This document shows, piece after piece, positions 40,001-55,000 of a stretch of 64,000 nucleotides of DNA. The notes under the pieces are model-generated. The model saw nothing but the letters and a program-made list of their open reading frames with translations, did no database searches and was not told the origin of the DNA. Position numbers and translations under genes: made by a program. Each line of letters opens with the position of its first letter. Position 1 is the stretch's first letter. This DNA is from Malacoraja senta (taxonomy: Eukaryota), in assembly GCA_038087875.1 (NCBI GenBank), contig CM075994.1, forward strand, positions 8,000,001 to 8,064,000. The letters are read 5' to 3'.

Positions 40001-43000
40001 TAGGAAATGGGGAGATGCAGCGAGACCTGGGTGTCATGGTACACCAGTCATTGAAAGTAGGCATGCAGGTGCAGCAGGCAGTGAAGAAAGCGAATGGTAT
40101 GTTGGCTTTCATAGCAAGAGGATTTGAGTATAGGAGCAGGGAGGTTCTACTGCAGTTGTACAGGGTCTTGGTGAGACCACACCTGGAGTATTGCGTACAG
40201 TTTTGGTCTCCAAATCTGAGGAAGGACATTATAGCCATAGAGGGAGTGCAGAGAAGGTTCACCAGACTGATTCCTGGGATGTCAGGACTTTCATATGAAG
40301 AAAGACTGGATAGACTTGGCTTAAACTCGCTAGAATTTAGGAGATTGAGAGGGGATCTTATAGAAACGCACAAAATTCTTATGGGGTTGGACAGGCTAGA
40401 TGCAGGAAGATTGTTCCCGATGTTGGGGAAGTCCAGGACAAGGGGTCACAGCTTAAGGATAAGGGGGAAATCCTTTAAAACCGAGATGAGAAAAACTTTT
40501 TTCACACAGAGAGTGGTGAATCTCTGGAACTCTCTGCCACAGAGGGTAGTTAAGGCCAGTTCATTGGCTATATTTAAGAGGGAGTTAGATGTGGCCCTTG
40601 TGGCTAAAGGGATCAGGGGGTATGGAGAGAAGGCAGGTACGGGATACTGAGTTGGATGATCAGCCATGATCATATTGAATGGCGGTGCAGGCTCGAAGGG
40701 CCGAATGGCCTACTCCTGCACCTATTTTCTATGTTTCTATGTATCTAATGCAACACATCATTGAAGCATGCCCACAAAAAAGACTTAAAGGAGGACTTGT
40801 CACCCTTCATACAGCAAATCAAGAGGCAACTGCTTGGCTAAAGGACTTTGCCTTCGCTAAATAAATAAACAAGATAACTGTGAAACCAGTACACAGTCTT
40901 GGGTGGGGGAGGGATGGAGAGAGAGGGGATGCGAGGGGGTCTCGAATACTGTGGCACAGTGTTCAGAAAATACTCACATTTAGTTTCCCCTTTCCTTTTC
41001 CAGAGACCTCGACCAAAATCTTCTCGTCAAGGGGGAACTAGTGGAGAGAGAGTTGCGTTAAAACCAACCGGCAGAAGGTGTAATTCTACCTCCCATTCCC
41101 ACCATGACCTTTCTGTCCTCGGTCTCCTCCATTGTCAGAGTGAGGCTAAACGCAAATTGGAGGAACAGCATCTCATATTTCGCTTGGGCAGCTTACACCC
41201 CAGTGGTATGAATATTGATTTCTATCACTTCAGGTAGCCCCGGCATTCCCTCTCTCTCCATCCCTCCCCCACCCAAGTCACACCAGCTTCTCGTTCTCAC
41301 CCAACAAACAGCTAACAACGGCCTGTTTCCTTTATCATCGTAACTTTTTAGCATATCTTTCATTCATTGTTCTTTATCTCTCCACATCACCGTCTATATC
41401 ACTCGTTTCCCTTATCCCAGAACCAATCTGAAAGGCCTCGACCCTTATCCCTTATCCCTGACTCTCAGTCTGAAGAAGGGTCTCGACCCGAAACGTCACC
41501 CATTCGTCCTCCCCAGAGATGCTGCCTATCCCCGCTGAGTTACTCCAGCATTTTGTGTTTATCTTTGGATTGCGTCTGCAGTTCCTTCTTACAAAGAAGG
41601 TTCCGTGACACGATGGCACAGCGGTAGAGTTGCTGTCTCGGTACACTAGACAATAACAAGCTAACCTAAACTAAATTTACCTCTTGTAGATCCCTTTGAT
41701 AACAGCGTATCATTGAACAAGTATCAATTGAGACAATCGCTTGTCAGTGTCCATGGCCTCCCACCGATAGACCGTGTATTTAAGAGACAATGGTGTATTG
41801 CGGGGGAGGTCACAGGGAAACTGTTTTTTTCCTCAAGGCTGATTTCTTACCAAGACAGCTTTTTTTCCTACCAAAGTCCCATCCTGTTCTCGTGGAAAAA
41901 TTCCCATTGAGTCTATTTCTCCCGGATCTAGTGTTCGACTTTTCAACAAGATTTTCATCTTTAGGTTTAGATTTGGAGATACAGCGCAGAAACAGGCCCT
42001 TCGGCCCACTGAGTCCGCGCCGACCAGCGACCCCTACTAACACTATCCGACACACGCGAGGGACAATTTTTCTCTGGTACCTCTGCCAATTCTCTCCAGT
42101 CTGGTTTACTGGAAAAGTTTTGTGTTTGTTTACCGACTCAGGCACCTGATGTAAAGTACGTTGGCAAGATCTTATCGCCTACCAAGGTCAAAGTCAGTGT
42201 CGTGCTTGGTGGACGGAGCTGAACTGAACGAGCTAAATCCTGCTCAGGTACAGTTAGACAGGTACATGGATATTGTGCAGGGAAGGAACAGCAGATGCTG
42301 GTTTAAACCAAAATAGACACAAAATGCTAGAGTAACTCAGCGGGACAGGCAGCGTCTCTGGGTGAGAAGGAATGGGTGACGTTTCATGTCGAGACCCTTC
42401 TTCAGACTGACAGATACGAACTAGCAGCTTGTTTTAATGTTTTAATGAATTGTACACCTTCAATAACTTTTGGAACCTACAGAGGGCCACCTCAAAGTCC
42501 AGTCAAGAGTCTTGTAGGGTGGGCTACCTATTAGTTCAATCAAGAGTCAATGGTCTTGTTGGCTGGGCTCCAAGTCCAGTTGAAGTTCAAGTCTTCTTGG
42601 ATTGGCTACATAGAACATAGACAATAGATGCAGGAGTAGGCCATTCGGCCCTTCGAGCCAGCACCGCCATTCAATATGATCATGGCTGATCATCCAAAAT
42701 CAGTACCCCGTTCCTGCTTTATGAGTACAGGAGTAAAGAGGTCCTTCAGCAGTTGTACAGAGCCCTGGCGAGACCACACCTGGAGCATTGTGTGCAGTTT
42801 TGGTCCTCTAATTTGAGGAAGGACATTCTTGCTATTGAGGCAGTGCAGCGTAGGTTCACGAGATTGATCCCAGGGATGGCGGGACTGTCATATGAGGAAT
42901 GATTGGAAAGACTAGGCTTGTATTCACTGGAATTTAGAAGGATGAGGGGGAATCTTATAGAAACATATAAAATTATAAAAGGACTGGACAAGCTAGATGC

Positions 43001-46000
43001 AGGAAAAATGTTCCCAATGTTGGGCGAGTCCAGAACCAGGGGCCACAGTCTTAGAAAAGGGGAGGCCATTTAAAACTGAGATGAGAAAAAACGTTTTCAC
43101 CCAGAGAGTCGTGAATTTGTGGAATTCTCTGCCACAGAGGGCAGTGGAGGCCAAATCACTGGATGGATTTAAGAGAGAGTTAGATAGAGCTCTAGGGGCT
43201 AGTGGAATCAAGGGATATGAGGAGAAGGCAGGCACGGGATATTGATTGGGGATGATCAGCCATGATCACATTGAATGGCGGTGCTGGCTCGAAGGGCCGA
43301 ATGGACCTCCTCCTGCACCTATTGTCTATGTTGCTATGTTTTCTTGGGGCTATGGAGAGCAGTGCTGTTCATTTAGCTGATAGCTCCAATTCACACTTTA
43401 GCTGAACCCTCACACTCTAGTCTTACCTTCAGCTCCTCCTGTGTCAGGGCGGTTTTCTGGCTCAGTAGAACGTCCGAGCTCTTTCCAAGGGCGCTGAACT
43501 TAATCCGGAAGTTAAAGTCCTCCTCTCGCTCGTACAGGGCGGCGTGGTATTTCGACAGGGCCTCCAACGCCACCACCGTGTCCTGTCAAGTAAAGCAGGC
43601 CCAATGTTGGGAACGCAGGAAAACTTTTCCCAATGTCCCCAATGTTGGGGGACGTGCTTGCTATTGAGGGAGTGCAGCGAAGGTTCACCAGGTTAATTCC
43701 CGGGATGGCGGGACTAACGTATGATGTAAGAATGGGTCGACTGGGCTTGTATTCACTGGAATTTAGAGGGATCTTATGGAAACATATAAAATTCTTAAGG
43801 GATTGGACAGGCGAGATGCAGGAAAAATGTTCCCGACGTTGGGGGAGTCCAGAACCAGGGGCCACACAGTTTAAGAATAAGGGGTCGGCCATTTAGGACT
43901 GAGATGAGGAAAAGATTTTTCACCCAGAGAGTTGTGAATCTGTGGAATTCTCTGCCACAGAAGGCAGTGGAGGCCGATTCACTGGATGTTTTCACGAGAG
44001 AGATATGGCGCTTAGGGCTAACGGAATCAAGGGATTATGGGGAGAAGGCAGGAACGGGGTACTGATTGTGGATGATCAGCCATGATCATATTGAATGGTG
44101 GTGCTGGCTCGAAGGGCCGAATGGCCCACTCCTGCACCCATTTTTTAACGTATCTATGTTAGACCTGACTTTACACCTTCGACTTTAGAGGGACAGCTTA
44201 GAAACAGGCCCTTCGGCCCACTGCGTCCACGCCGACCAGCGATCACCCCGTACACAAGCACTATCCTTGGCTCAAGATTTCAGCACCTGCAGTTCCTTTA
44301 TCCCCACTTTTCACAAGTTCACAAGTGACAGGAGTAGAATTAGGCCATTCGGCCCATCGTGTCTAGTCCAACATTCAATCGTGGCTGATCTCTGCCTCCT
44401 AATCCCATTTTCCTGCCTTCTCCCCATAACCCTTGACACCCGTTCTAATCAAAAATTTGTGTATCCCTGCCATAAAAATATCCACTGACTTGGCCTCCAC
44501 AGCCCTCTGTGGCAATGAGTTCCACAGATTAACTGCCCTCTGACTAAAGAAGTTCCTCCTCACCTCCTTTCCAAAAGAGCGCCCTTTAATTCTGAGGCTA
44601 CGACCTCTAATCCTAGACTCTCCCACTAGTGGAAACATCCTCTCCACATCCACTCTATCCAGGCCTTTCACTATTCTGTACGTTTCAATGAGGTCCCCCC
44701 CTCATCCTTCTAAACTCCAGCGAGTACAGGCCCAGTGCCGGCAAACGCTCATCATAGGTTAACCCACTCATTCCTGGGATCATTCTTGTAAACCTCCTCT
44801 GGACCCTCTCCAGAGCCGGCACACATCCAGGGCCTGTATACACAAACAGGGATGTAACGCTGAGGCTCTATAAGGCGCTGGTCAGGCCCCATTTGGAATA
44901 TTGTGAGCAGTTTTGGGCCCCGTATCTGAGGAAGGATGTGCTGGCTCTGGAGAGGGTCAAGAGGAGGTTTACAAGAATGATCCCAGGAATGAGTGGGTTA
45001 ACATATGATGAGCGTTTGCCAGCACTGGGCCTGTACTCGCTGGAGTTTAGAAGGATGAGGGGGGGGTCCTCATTGAAACATACAGAATAGTGAAAGGCTC
45101 GGATAGATTGGATGTGGAGAGGATGTTTCCACTAGTGGGAGAGTCTAGGACCAGAGGCCATAGTCTTAGAATAAAGACAATTCCTTTAGGAAGGAGATGA
45201 GGAGGAATTTCTTTATTCAGAGGGCGGTGAATGTGTGGAATTCTTTGCCACAGACGGCTGTGGAGGCCACAAGTTAGTGGGTATTTTTAAGGCAGAGATG
45301 GATAGATTCTTGATTAGTACGGGTGTCAGGGGTTACGGGGAGAAGGCAGGAGAATGGGGTTAGGAGAGATAGATCAGCCATGATTGAATGGCGGAGGAGA
45401 CCTGATGGGCCGAATGGCCTAATTCTGCTCCTATTCCTTATCACCTTATGACGAAATGGAACACTGTCGCCGCCCTTTGTGTGGTGCCTCTTTGCATACC
45501 TTGTGAGTGGGAGGTAAAACAAGGAATCTCGCTGTGACTTGTCGCATGAGGAATAAAGTGTCATTCATTCACCTGTGTGTGTTTATCGTCAACGTTATCG
45601 GCAGTGAGGTGGGGGTGGGTTCCCTGTGGGGGGGGTCATCATGGGGTGGGTGTTCCCTGTGGGGGGGTCATCATGAGGGGAGGGTGGGTTCCCTGTGGGG
45701 GGGTCATCATGAGGGGGGGTTCCTTGTGGTGGGGTCATCATGAGGGGGGGGGTTGGGTTCCCTGTGGGGGGGTCATCATGAGGGGGGGGTTCCCTGTGGG
45801 GGGGTCATCATGAGGTGGGGGTGGGTTCCCTGTGGGGGGGTCATCATGAGGTGGGGGTGGGTTCCCTGTGGGGGGGTCATCATGAGGGGGGGGGTTCCCT
45901 GTGGGGGGGTCATCATGGGGGGGGGGGTTCCCTGTGGGGGGGTCATCATGAGGGGGGGGTGGGTTCCCTGTGGGGGGGTCATCATGAGGGGGGGTCATCA

Positions 46001-49000
46001 TGAGGGGGGTGTTCCCTGTGGGGGGGTCATCATGAGGGGGGGGTGGGTTCCCTGTGGGGGGGTCATCATGAGGGGGGAAGGGTTCACCATGAGGGGGGAG
46101 GGGTTCACCATGAGGGGTAATGGGGGAGGGGGGAGGGGGGAGGGGAGTTCACCATGGGGGGGGGTTCACCGTGGGGGGGGAGTGTTCACCGTGAGCGGGG
46201 GAGGTGAGGAGTTCACCTTGAAGGAGGGGGAGTGTTCACCGTGAGGGGGTGGGGGGGGGGGGTACCTGAGTGGACTGGAAGCCCCCGCCGTAGTTCTGCT
46301 GCTGTGTCAGCCACTCCACCACGGGCTTGCCGTACTCCACGTGGCCTCTAGCCAGGGCCTGCAGCAGGCCGTACGCCGTCGTCTCCACCGTTAACGCCGT
46401 TGCCGCGGGAGGAGAGCCGGCGTTGTCCTGTGTACCGTCGTCTGCCCTCCAGTAACGCCCACCGCCGTCTACCGGGGAAACAAGAACACAGCCTGTATTG
46501 TGGAGCACGCACGCGCACGCACACCTGGAGCAGAGCGTTAGTCTTTGTACACGATTATCGGCTAATTGTGTGTGAGTGTGAGTGTGAGTGTGTGTGTGTG
46601 TGAGTGAGTGTGGGGGGGAGGTGTGAGTGTGTGTGTGTGTGAGTGTGAGTGTGGGTGGTGGGAGGGTGTGAGTGTGCGAGTGTGTGCGTGATTGTGCGTG
46701 TGTGTGTGTGAGTGTGGGGGGGTGTGTGTGTCGAGTGTGTGTGAGAGTGTGTGTGAGTGTGTGTGTGAGAGAGAGAGAGTGTGTGTGTATAAATAAATAT
46801 ATATGTGTGTGTGTATATATATATATACAAACATGGAAGTCACAAAAAGCTGGAGTAACTCAGCGGGACGGGCAGCATCTCTGGAGAGAAGGAATGGGTG
46901 ACGTTTTGGGTCGAGACCCTTCTTCAGACTCTCTCCAGTATTCTCTCCAGAGTTGCTGCCTTATAGCGCTCGCAGCGCCAGACCCGGGTTCGATCCCGAC
47001 TACGGGTGCTGTCTGTACGGGGTTTGTACGTTCTCCCCGTGACCTGCGTGGGTTTTCTCCAGGTGCTCCGGTTTCCTCCTCCCACTTCCAAAGACGTACA
47101 GGTTTGTAGGTTAATTGGCTTGGTGCAAATGTAAATTATCCCGAGTGTGTCAAGGTTGGTGTGTGAATAGAAAATAGACAATAGACAATAGGTGCAGGAG
47201 TAGGCCATTCGGCCCTTCGAGCCAGCACCGCCATTCATTGTGATCACGGCTGATCATCCACAATCAGTACCCCGTTCCTGCCTTCTCCCCATATCCCTTG
47301 ACTCCGCTATCTTTAAGAGCTCAATCTAACTTTCTCTTGAAAGCATCCAGAGAATTGGACTCCACTGCCTTCTGAGGCAGAGAATTCCACAGATTCACAA
47401 CTCTCTGGGTGAAAAAGTGTTTCCTCATCTCTTACCCCTTATTCTTAAACTGTGGCCCCTGGTTCTGGACTCCCCCAACATCGGGAACTTGTTTCCTGCC
47501 TCTAGCGAGTCGAAACCCTTAATAATTTTATACCTTTCAATAAAATACCCTCTCATCCTTCTAAACTCCAGAGTGTACAAGCCCAGCCGCTCCATTCTAT
47601 CAACATATGTCAGTCCCGCCATCCCGGGTATTAACCTGGTGAACCTACGCTGCACGCCCCTCAACAGCAAGGATGTCCTTCCTCAACTTAGGAGACCAAA
47701 ACTGCACACAATACACAATGATCGCTGGTCGGCATGGACTCGGCGGGCCGAAGGGCCTGACCCCGTGCTGTATCTGTTAAGCTAACCCCACTATTGTCTC
47801 CTTCCACTGTGTGTTGATGATTTTGAAGGTTTACCAGCATCGTCAATGGCGATGTCTCTCAGCTTCTGCTCAGCCTCCTGTACTTTGGCCGTGTCAACTT
47901 GAGAGAAGGCAAGGGCGTACGCAGTGATCGCCACTGCGTAGGGCTGCCTGATATTCGGCAACTCTTGGTTCAGGTAGCCCACAGCTTTCCCAATGCTCTC
48001 CCTCTAGAGACAAGGATCATAGAAACATAGAAAACAGGTGCATGAGGAGGCCATTTGGCCCTTCATAGATACATAGATACATGAAAATAGGTGCAGGAGT
48101 AGGCCATTCGGCCCTTCGAGCCTGCACCGCCATTCAATATGATCATGGCTGATCATCCAACTCAGTATCCCGTACCTGCCTTCTCTCCATACCCCCTGAT
48201 CCCCTTAGCCACAAGGGCCACATCTAACTCCCTCTTAAATATAGCCAATGAACTGGCCTCAACTACCCTCTGTGGCAGAGAATTCCAGAGATTCACCACT
48301 CTCTGTGTGAAAAAGTTTTTCCTCATCTCGGTCTTAAAGGATTTCCCCCTTATCCTTAAGCTGTGACCCCTTGTCCTGGACTTCCCCAACATCGGGAACA
48401 ATCTTCCTGCATCTAGCCTGTCCAACCCCATAAGAATTTTGTACGTTTCTATAAGATCCCCTCTCAATCTTCTAAATTATAGCGAGTATAAGCCAAGTCT
48501 ATCCAGTCTTTCTTCATATGAAAGTCCTGACATCCCAGGAATCTGTCTGGTGAACCTTCTCTGCACTCCCTCTATGGCTATAATGTCCTTCCTCAGATTT
48601 GGAGACCAAAACTGTACGCAATACGCCAGGTGTGGTCTCACCAAGACCCTGTACAACTGCAGTAGAACCTCCCTGCTCCTATACTCAAATCCTTTTGCTA
48701 TGAAAGCCAACATACCATTCGCTTTCTTCACTGCCTGCTGCACCTGCATGCCTACTTTCAATGACTGGTGTACCATGACACCCAGGTCTCGCTGCATCTC
48801 CCCATTTCCTAATCGGCCACCATTTAGATAATAGTCTGCTTTCCTGTTTTTGCCACCAAAGTGGATAACCTCACATTTATCCACATTATACTGCATCTGC
48901 CAAACATTTGCCCACTCACCCAGCCTATCCAAGTCACCTTGCAGTCTCCTAGCATCCTCCTCACAGCTAACACTGCCCCCCAGCTTAGTGTCATCCGCAA

Positions 49001-52000
49001 ACTTGGAGATGTTGCCTTCAATTCCCTCATCCAGTTCATTAATATAAATTGTAAATAGCTGGGGTCCCAGCACTGAGCCTTGCGGTACCCCACTAGTCAC
49101 TGCCTGCCATTGCGAAAAGGACCCGTTTACTCCTACTCTTTGCTTCCTGTTTGCCAGCCAGTTCTCTATCCACATCAATACTGAACCCCCAATACCGTGT
49201 GCTTTAAGTTTGTATACTAATCTCTTATGTGGTACCTTGTCGAAAGCCTTCTGAAAGTCCAGATATAACACATCCACTGGTTCTCCCCTAACCACTCTAC
49301 TAGTTACATCCTCGAAAAATTCTATAAGATTCGTCAGACATGATTTACCTTTCGTAAATCCATGCTGACTTTGTCCAATGATTTCACCACTTTCCAAATG
49401 TGCTGCTATCCCATCTTTAATAAGTGACTCTAGCAGTTTCCCCACTACCGATGTTAGACTAACTGGTCTGTAATTCCCCGTTTTCTCTCTCCCTCCCTTC
49501 TTAAAAAGTGGGGTTACGTTTGCTACCCTCCAATCCTCAGGAACTACTCCAGAATCTAAAGAGTTTTCAAAAATTATCACTAATGCATCCACTATTTCTG
49601 GAGCTACTTCCTTAAGTACTCTGGGATGCAGCCTATCTGGCCCTGGTGATTTATCGGCCTTTAATCCATTCAATTTACCCAACACCACTTCCCGACTAAC
49701 CTGGATTTCACTCAGTTCCTCCATCTCCTTTGACCCGCGGCCCCCTGCTATTTCCGGCAGATTATTTATGTCTTCCTTAGTGAAGACGGAACCAAAGTAG
49801 TTATTCAATTGGTCCGCCATATCCTTGTTCCCCATGATCAATTCACCTGTTTCTGACTACAAGGGACCTACATTTGTTTTAACTAATCTCTTTCTCTTCA
49901 CATATCTATAAAAACTTTTGCAGTCAGTTTTTATGTTCCCTGCCAGTTTTCTTTCATAATCTATTTTCCTTCCTAATTAAGCCCTTTGTCCTCCTCTGCA
50001 GGACTCTGAATTTCTCCCAGTCCTCTGGTATGCTGCTTTTTCTGGCTAATTTGTACCCATCATCTTTTGCTTTGATACTATCCCTGATTTCCCTTGTTAT
50101 CCACGGATGCACTACCTTCCCTGATTTATTCTTTTGCCAAACTGGGATGAACTTCGAGCCTGCACCGCCATTCATTGTGATCATGGCTGATCATCCACAA
50201 TCAATAACCCCGTTCCTGCCTTCTCCCCATATCCCTTGATTCCGCTAGCCCCTAGAGCTCTATCTAACTCTCTTTTAAATCCATCCAGTGATTTGGCCTC
50301 CACTGCCCTCTGTGGCGGAGAATTCCACAAATTTACAACTCTCTGGGTGAAAAAGTTTTTTCTCATCTCAATTTTAAATGGCCTCCCCTTTATTCTAAGA
50401 CTGTGGCCCCTGGTTCTGGACTTGCCCAACATTGGGAACATTTTTCTTGCATCTAGCTTGTCCAGTCCTTTTATAATTTTATATGTTTCTATAAGATCCC
50501 CACTCATCCTAAATTCCAGTGAATACAAGCCCAGTCTTTCCAATCTTTCCTCATATGACAGTCCTGTCTCTTTCCTGATCAGTGGGATGCTGAAATATCC
50601 CCCTTTTACACATCTCGCTAAGTGACACTGGCTGAGGATGAGTCCAAGCCCAGAAGAAGGCCTGGGTGGAGTGGATGTGGAGATGACGTTTCCACTGGTG
50701 GGAGAGTCTAGGACCAGAGGGCACAGCCTCAGAATTAAAGGACGTTCCTTGCAGAAGTAGATGAGAAGGAATTTCTTTATCCGAATGCTCTGCAGCCTTC
50801 AGTGGCAAAGAATTCCACAGATTCACCATCCTCTGACTAACAAAATTCCTTCTCATCTCCGTTCTATAGGTACGTCCTTTAATTCTGAGGCTGTGCCCTC
50901 TGGTCCTAGACTCTCCCACCAGTGGAAACATCCTCTCCACATCCACTCTATCCAGGCCTTTCACTATTCGGTAAGTTTCATTGAGGCTGACTGGTTGCAT
51001 CGTGGCTTGGTTCGGCAACTTGAACGTCCAGGAGCGGAAAAGAATGCAAAACGTTGTGACCACTGCCCAGTCCATCATCGGCTCTGACCTCCCCACCATC
51101 GAAGGGATCTATCGCAGTCGCTGCCTCAAAAAGGCAGCCAGCATCATCAGAGACCCATACAATCCTGGCCACACACTCATTTCACCATTGCCATCGGGAA
51201 GAAGGTACAGGAGCCTGAAATCTGTAACATCCAGGTTCAGGAACAGCTTCTTCCCCACAGCCATCAGGCTACTAAACATGACAGCAAATAAGCTCTGAAC
51301 TACAACAGGATTATTATTATTGCACTATATCTGTTTAATTATTGGGTATGTGTGCATGTGTATTTAGACACACTGAACTTTGCTTCTCCTGTTCTGTATT
51401 GTGTTTACATATTCTGTTGTGCTGCAGCAAGCAAGAATTTCATTGTCCCATCTGGGACATATGAACTCTTGACTCATTCTTCTAAACTCCAGCGAGTACA
51501 GGCCTAGCGCTGTCAAAGGCTCATCGTACGTTAACTCAATCATTCCAGGCATCGTTCTCGTAAACCTCCTCTGGACCCTCTCCAGAGCCAGCACATCCTT
51601 CCTCAGATATGGGGCCCAGAATTGCCCACAACACTCTGAAGGAGGGTCTCGACCGCAAACGTCACCCATTCAATCTCTCAGTAGATGGTGCCCGTCCCGC
51701 TGAGTTACTCCAGCGTTTTGTGTCTATCTTCGGTGTAAACCAGCATCTGCAGTTTAACTTCCTACACAATACTCCAGACCAGCGCTTTGTAATATCCTTA
51801 TTCCTGTCTCGGTACACTGTGGACGGCTCGATTACAATCATGTGTCATCTTTCCGCTGACTGGATAGCACGCAACAAAAAAGCGTTTCGCTGTACCTCGG
51901 TACACGTGACATTAAACCCAACTGAATTAAACTAAATCGAAGGTAGACACAAAACGCTGGAGTAACTCAGCGGGACCGGCAGCATCTCTGGAGAGAAGGA

Positions 52001-55000
52001 ATGGGTGACGTTACGGGTCGAGACCCTTCTTCAGCATTGCAGTCTCTGTTTTTCGAATACTAGCCCTCTCCAAATAAATGCCAGCATAGCGTCCACCTTC
52101 CTTGCTACCGATTCGAGCCGCGCGACGTACCAGTTTAGCAGTAGACGGGTTGTTGGGCTGGAGGAAGGCGTTGAGGAAATGCTGAAGAGCCACGGTCACA
52201 AAGGCAGTCAGAGAGACCTCTCCCTCGGCTCCACCGACCCCTCCCTGCAGATAGAAAACCGGCCGTCACAGAGGCCAACGCCGCGCATGTGAAACAAACG
52301 GTGGAGCGATGCGGGGGATGCAATCAGCGGAGGGTAGAAACACTGCCTCACAGCGCCAGAGACCCAGGCTCGATTTACTTTAGTGTTGGAAGCAACTGCA
52401 GGTGCTGGGTTACGGAAATATAGTCTGGGTATCATGGTATCAGATCTGGGCAAAATGGTATCAAATCTGGGCACTATGGCATCAGTTCTGGGTACTATGT
52501 CACCAGTTCTGGGCACCATGTCATCAGTTCTGGGCACCATGTCATCAGTTCTGGGCACCATGTCATCAGTTCTGGGCACCATGTCATCAGTTCTGGGCAT
52601 ATGTCATCAGTTCTGGGTACCATCTCATCAGTTTTAGGGACATGTCATCAGTTCTGGGTACCATGTCATCAGTTCTGGGAACCACGTCATCAGTTCTGGG
52701 CACCATGTCATCAGTTCTGGGCACCATGTCATCAGTTCTGGGCACCATGTCATCGGTTCTGGGAATGATGTCATCAGTTCTGGGAACCATGTCATCAGTT
52801 CTGGGCACCATGTCATCAGTTCTGGGCACCTGATCATCAGTTCTGGGCACCATGTCATCAGTTCTGGGCACCATGTCATCAGTTCTGGGCACCATGCATG
52901 TCATCAGTTCTGGGCACTATGTCATCAGTTCTGGGTACCATCTCATCAGTTTTGGGGACATGTCATCAGTTCTGGGTACCATGTCATTATTTCTGGGTAT
53001 CATGTCATCAGTTCTGGGCACCATGTCATCAGTTCTGGGCACCTGATCATCAGTTCTGGGCACCATGTCATCAGTTCTGGGCACCATGTCATCAGTTCTG
53101 GGCACCATGTCATCAGTTCTGGGCACCATATTATCAGTTTAGTTTACAGATACAGCACGGAAACAGGCCCTTCGGCCCACCGGGTCCGTGCCGACCAGCG
53201 ATCCCTGCACATTAACACCCATTAGGGTCAATTTTTACACTTACACCAAGCCAATTAACCTACAAACCTGCACGTCTTTGGAGTGTGGGAGGCAACCAAA
53301 GATCTTGGAGAAAACCCATGCAGGTCACGGGGAGAACGTGCAAACTCCGTACAGACACCACCCGTCGTCGGGATCGAACCCGGGTCTCCGGCGCTGCATT
53401 CGCTGCAAGGCAGCAACTCTACCGCTGCTCCACCGTGACCGCCCCGTATCAGTTCTGGGCGCCGTGTTATAGGAAAGATGTTGTCAAGCTTGAAAGGGTT
53501 CAGAGAAGATTTACGAGGATGTTGCCAGGACTAGAGGGTGTGAGTTACAGGGAGAGGTTGGGGCAGGCTGGGTCTCTATTCCATGGAGCGCAGGAGGATG
53601 AGGGGAGATCTTACAGAGGTGTATAATATCATGAATGAATAGATCGGGTAGACGCACAGAGTCTCTTGCCCAGAGTAGGGGAATCGAGGACCAGAGGGCA
53701 TAGGTTCAAGGTGAAGGGGAAAAGATTTAATAGCAATCTGAGGGGTAACTTTTTCACACAAAGGGTGGTGGGTGTATGGAACGAGCTGCCAGAGGAGGTA
53801 GTTGAGGCAGGGACTATCCCAACGTTTAAGAAACAGTTAGACAGATACATGGATAGGACAGGTTTGGAGGGATATGGACCAAATGCAGGCAGGTGGGACT
53901 AGTGTAGCTGGGACATGTTGGCCGGTGTGGGCAAGTTGGGCCGAAGGGCCTGTTTCCTCACTGTCTCACTCTATGACTCTGTGACTTCATAGTCATGTCT
54001 AGTCTTTCCGCTGACTGGTTAGCACGCAACAAAAAGCTTTTGACTGTACCTTGGTACATGTGAGAATAATAATCCAAACTTAACTCAGCTTAACCTTGGA
54101 CTATCTTAAATCGGACTTTACCCTGCAGTAAACATTATTCCCTTTATCCTGTATGTGTACACTGTGGACGGCTCGATTGTAATCATGTATAGATCTTTCC
54201 GCCGACTGGATAGCACGCAACAAAAAAAGCTTTTAACTGTACCTTGGTACACGTGACATTAAACTAAACTAAACCAATATAGATTTCTCTAAGTAACCCC
54301 GGCATTCCCTCTCTCTCCATCCCTCCCCCACCCAAGTCGCACCAACTTCTCGTTCTCACCCAGCAAACAGCTAACAATGGCCTGTTTCCTTTTTCATCAT
54401 TACTTTTACGCATATCTTTCGTTCATTTGTTCTTTATCTCCCCACGTCACCGTCTATATCTCTCGTTTCCCTTATCCCTGACCAGTCTGAAGAAGGGTCT
54501 CGACCCGAAACGTCACCCATTCCTGCTCTCCAGAGATGCTGCCCGTCCCGCTGAGTTACTCCGGCATTTTGTGTCTATCTTCGATTTAGTCCAGTTTAAT
54601 ATCACGTGTACCGAGATACAGTGAAAAGCTTTTTTCTTGCGTGATTTCCAGGCAGCGGGAAGACATGGTTACAATCGAGCCGTCCACAGTGTACGTTTGG
54701 TGTAAAATAAAGTCCAGTAATGTCCGATGGTCTCCATGAGGTCGATGGGATGTCAGGACCGCTCCCTGGTTGTGGTAGGATGGTTCAGTTGCCTGATAAC
54801 AGCTGGGAAGAAACTGTCTCAGATTCTGAAGGTGTGCGTTTTCAGGGACAGGTTCTTACCAGTTAATTTCAGGCACCTGAACCTTCCTATCAACAACTAG
54901 ATCCTGACCTTTGGTGCTATCCGTGTGGAGTTTGCACGTTCTACCCGTGACCATGTGGGTTTTCTCCGGGAGCTCCGATTTCCTCCAAAAACGTGCAGGT

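Noticed and set aside
48065..50142. Autonomous active LINE
   Set aside because: No ORF1 or endonuclease region; internal stop near 48477
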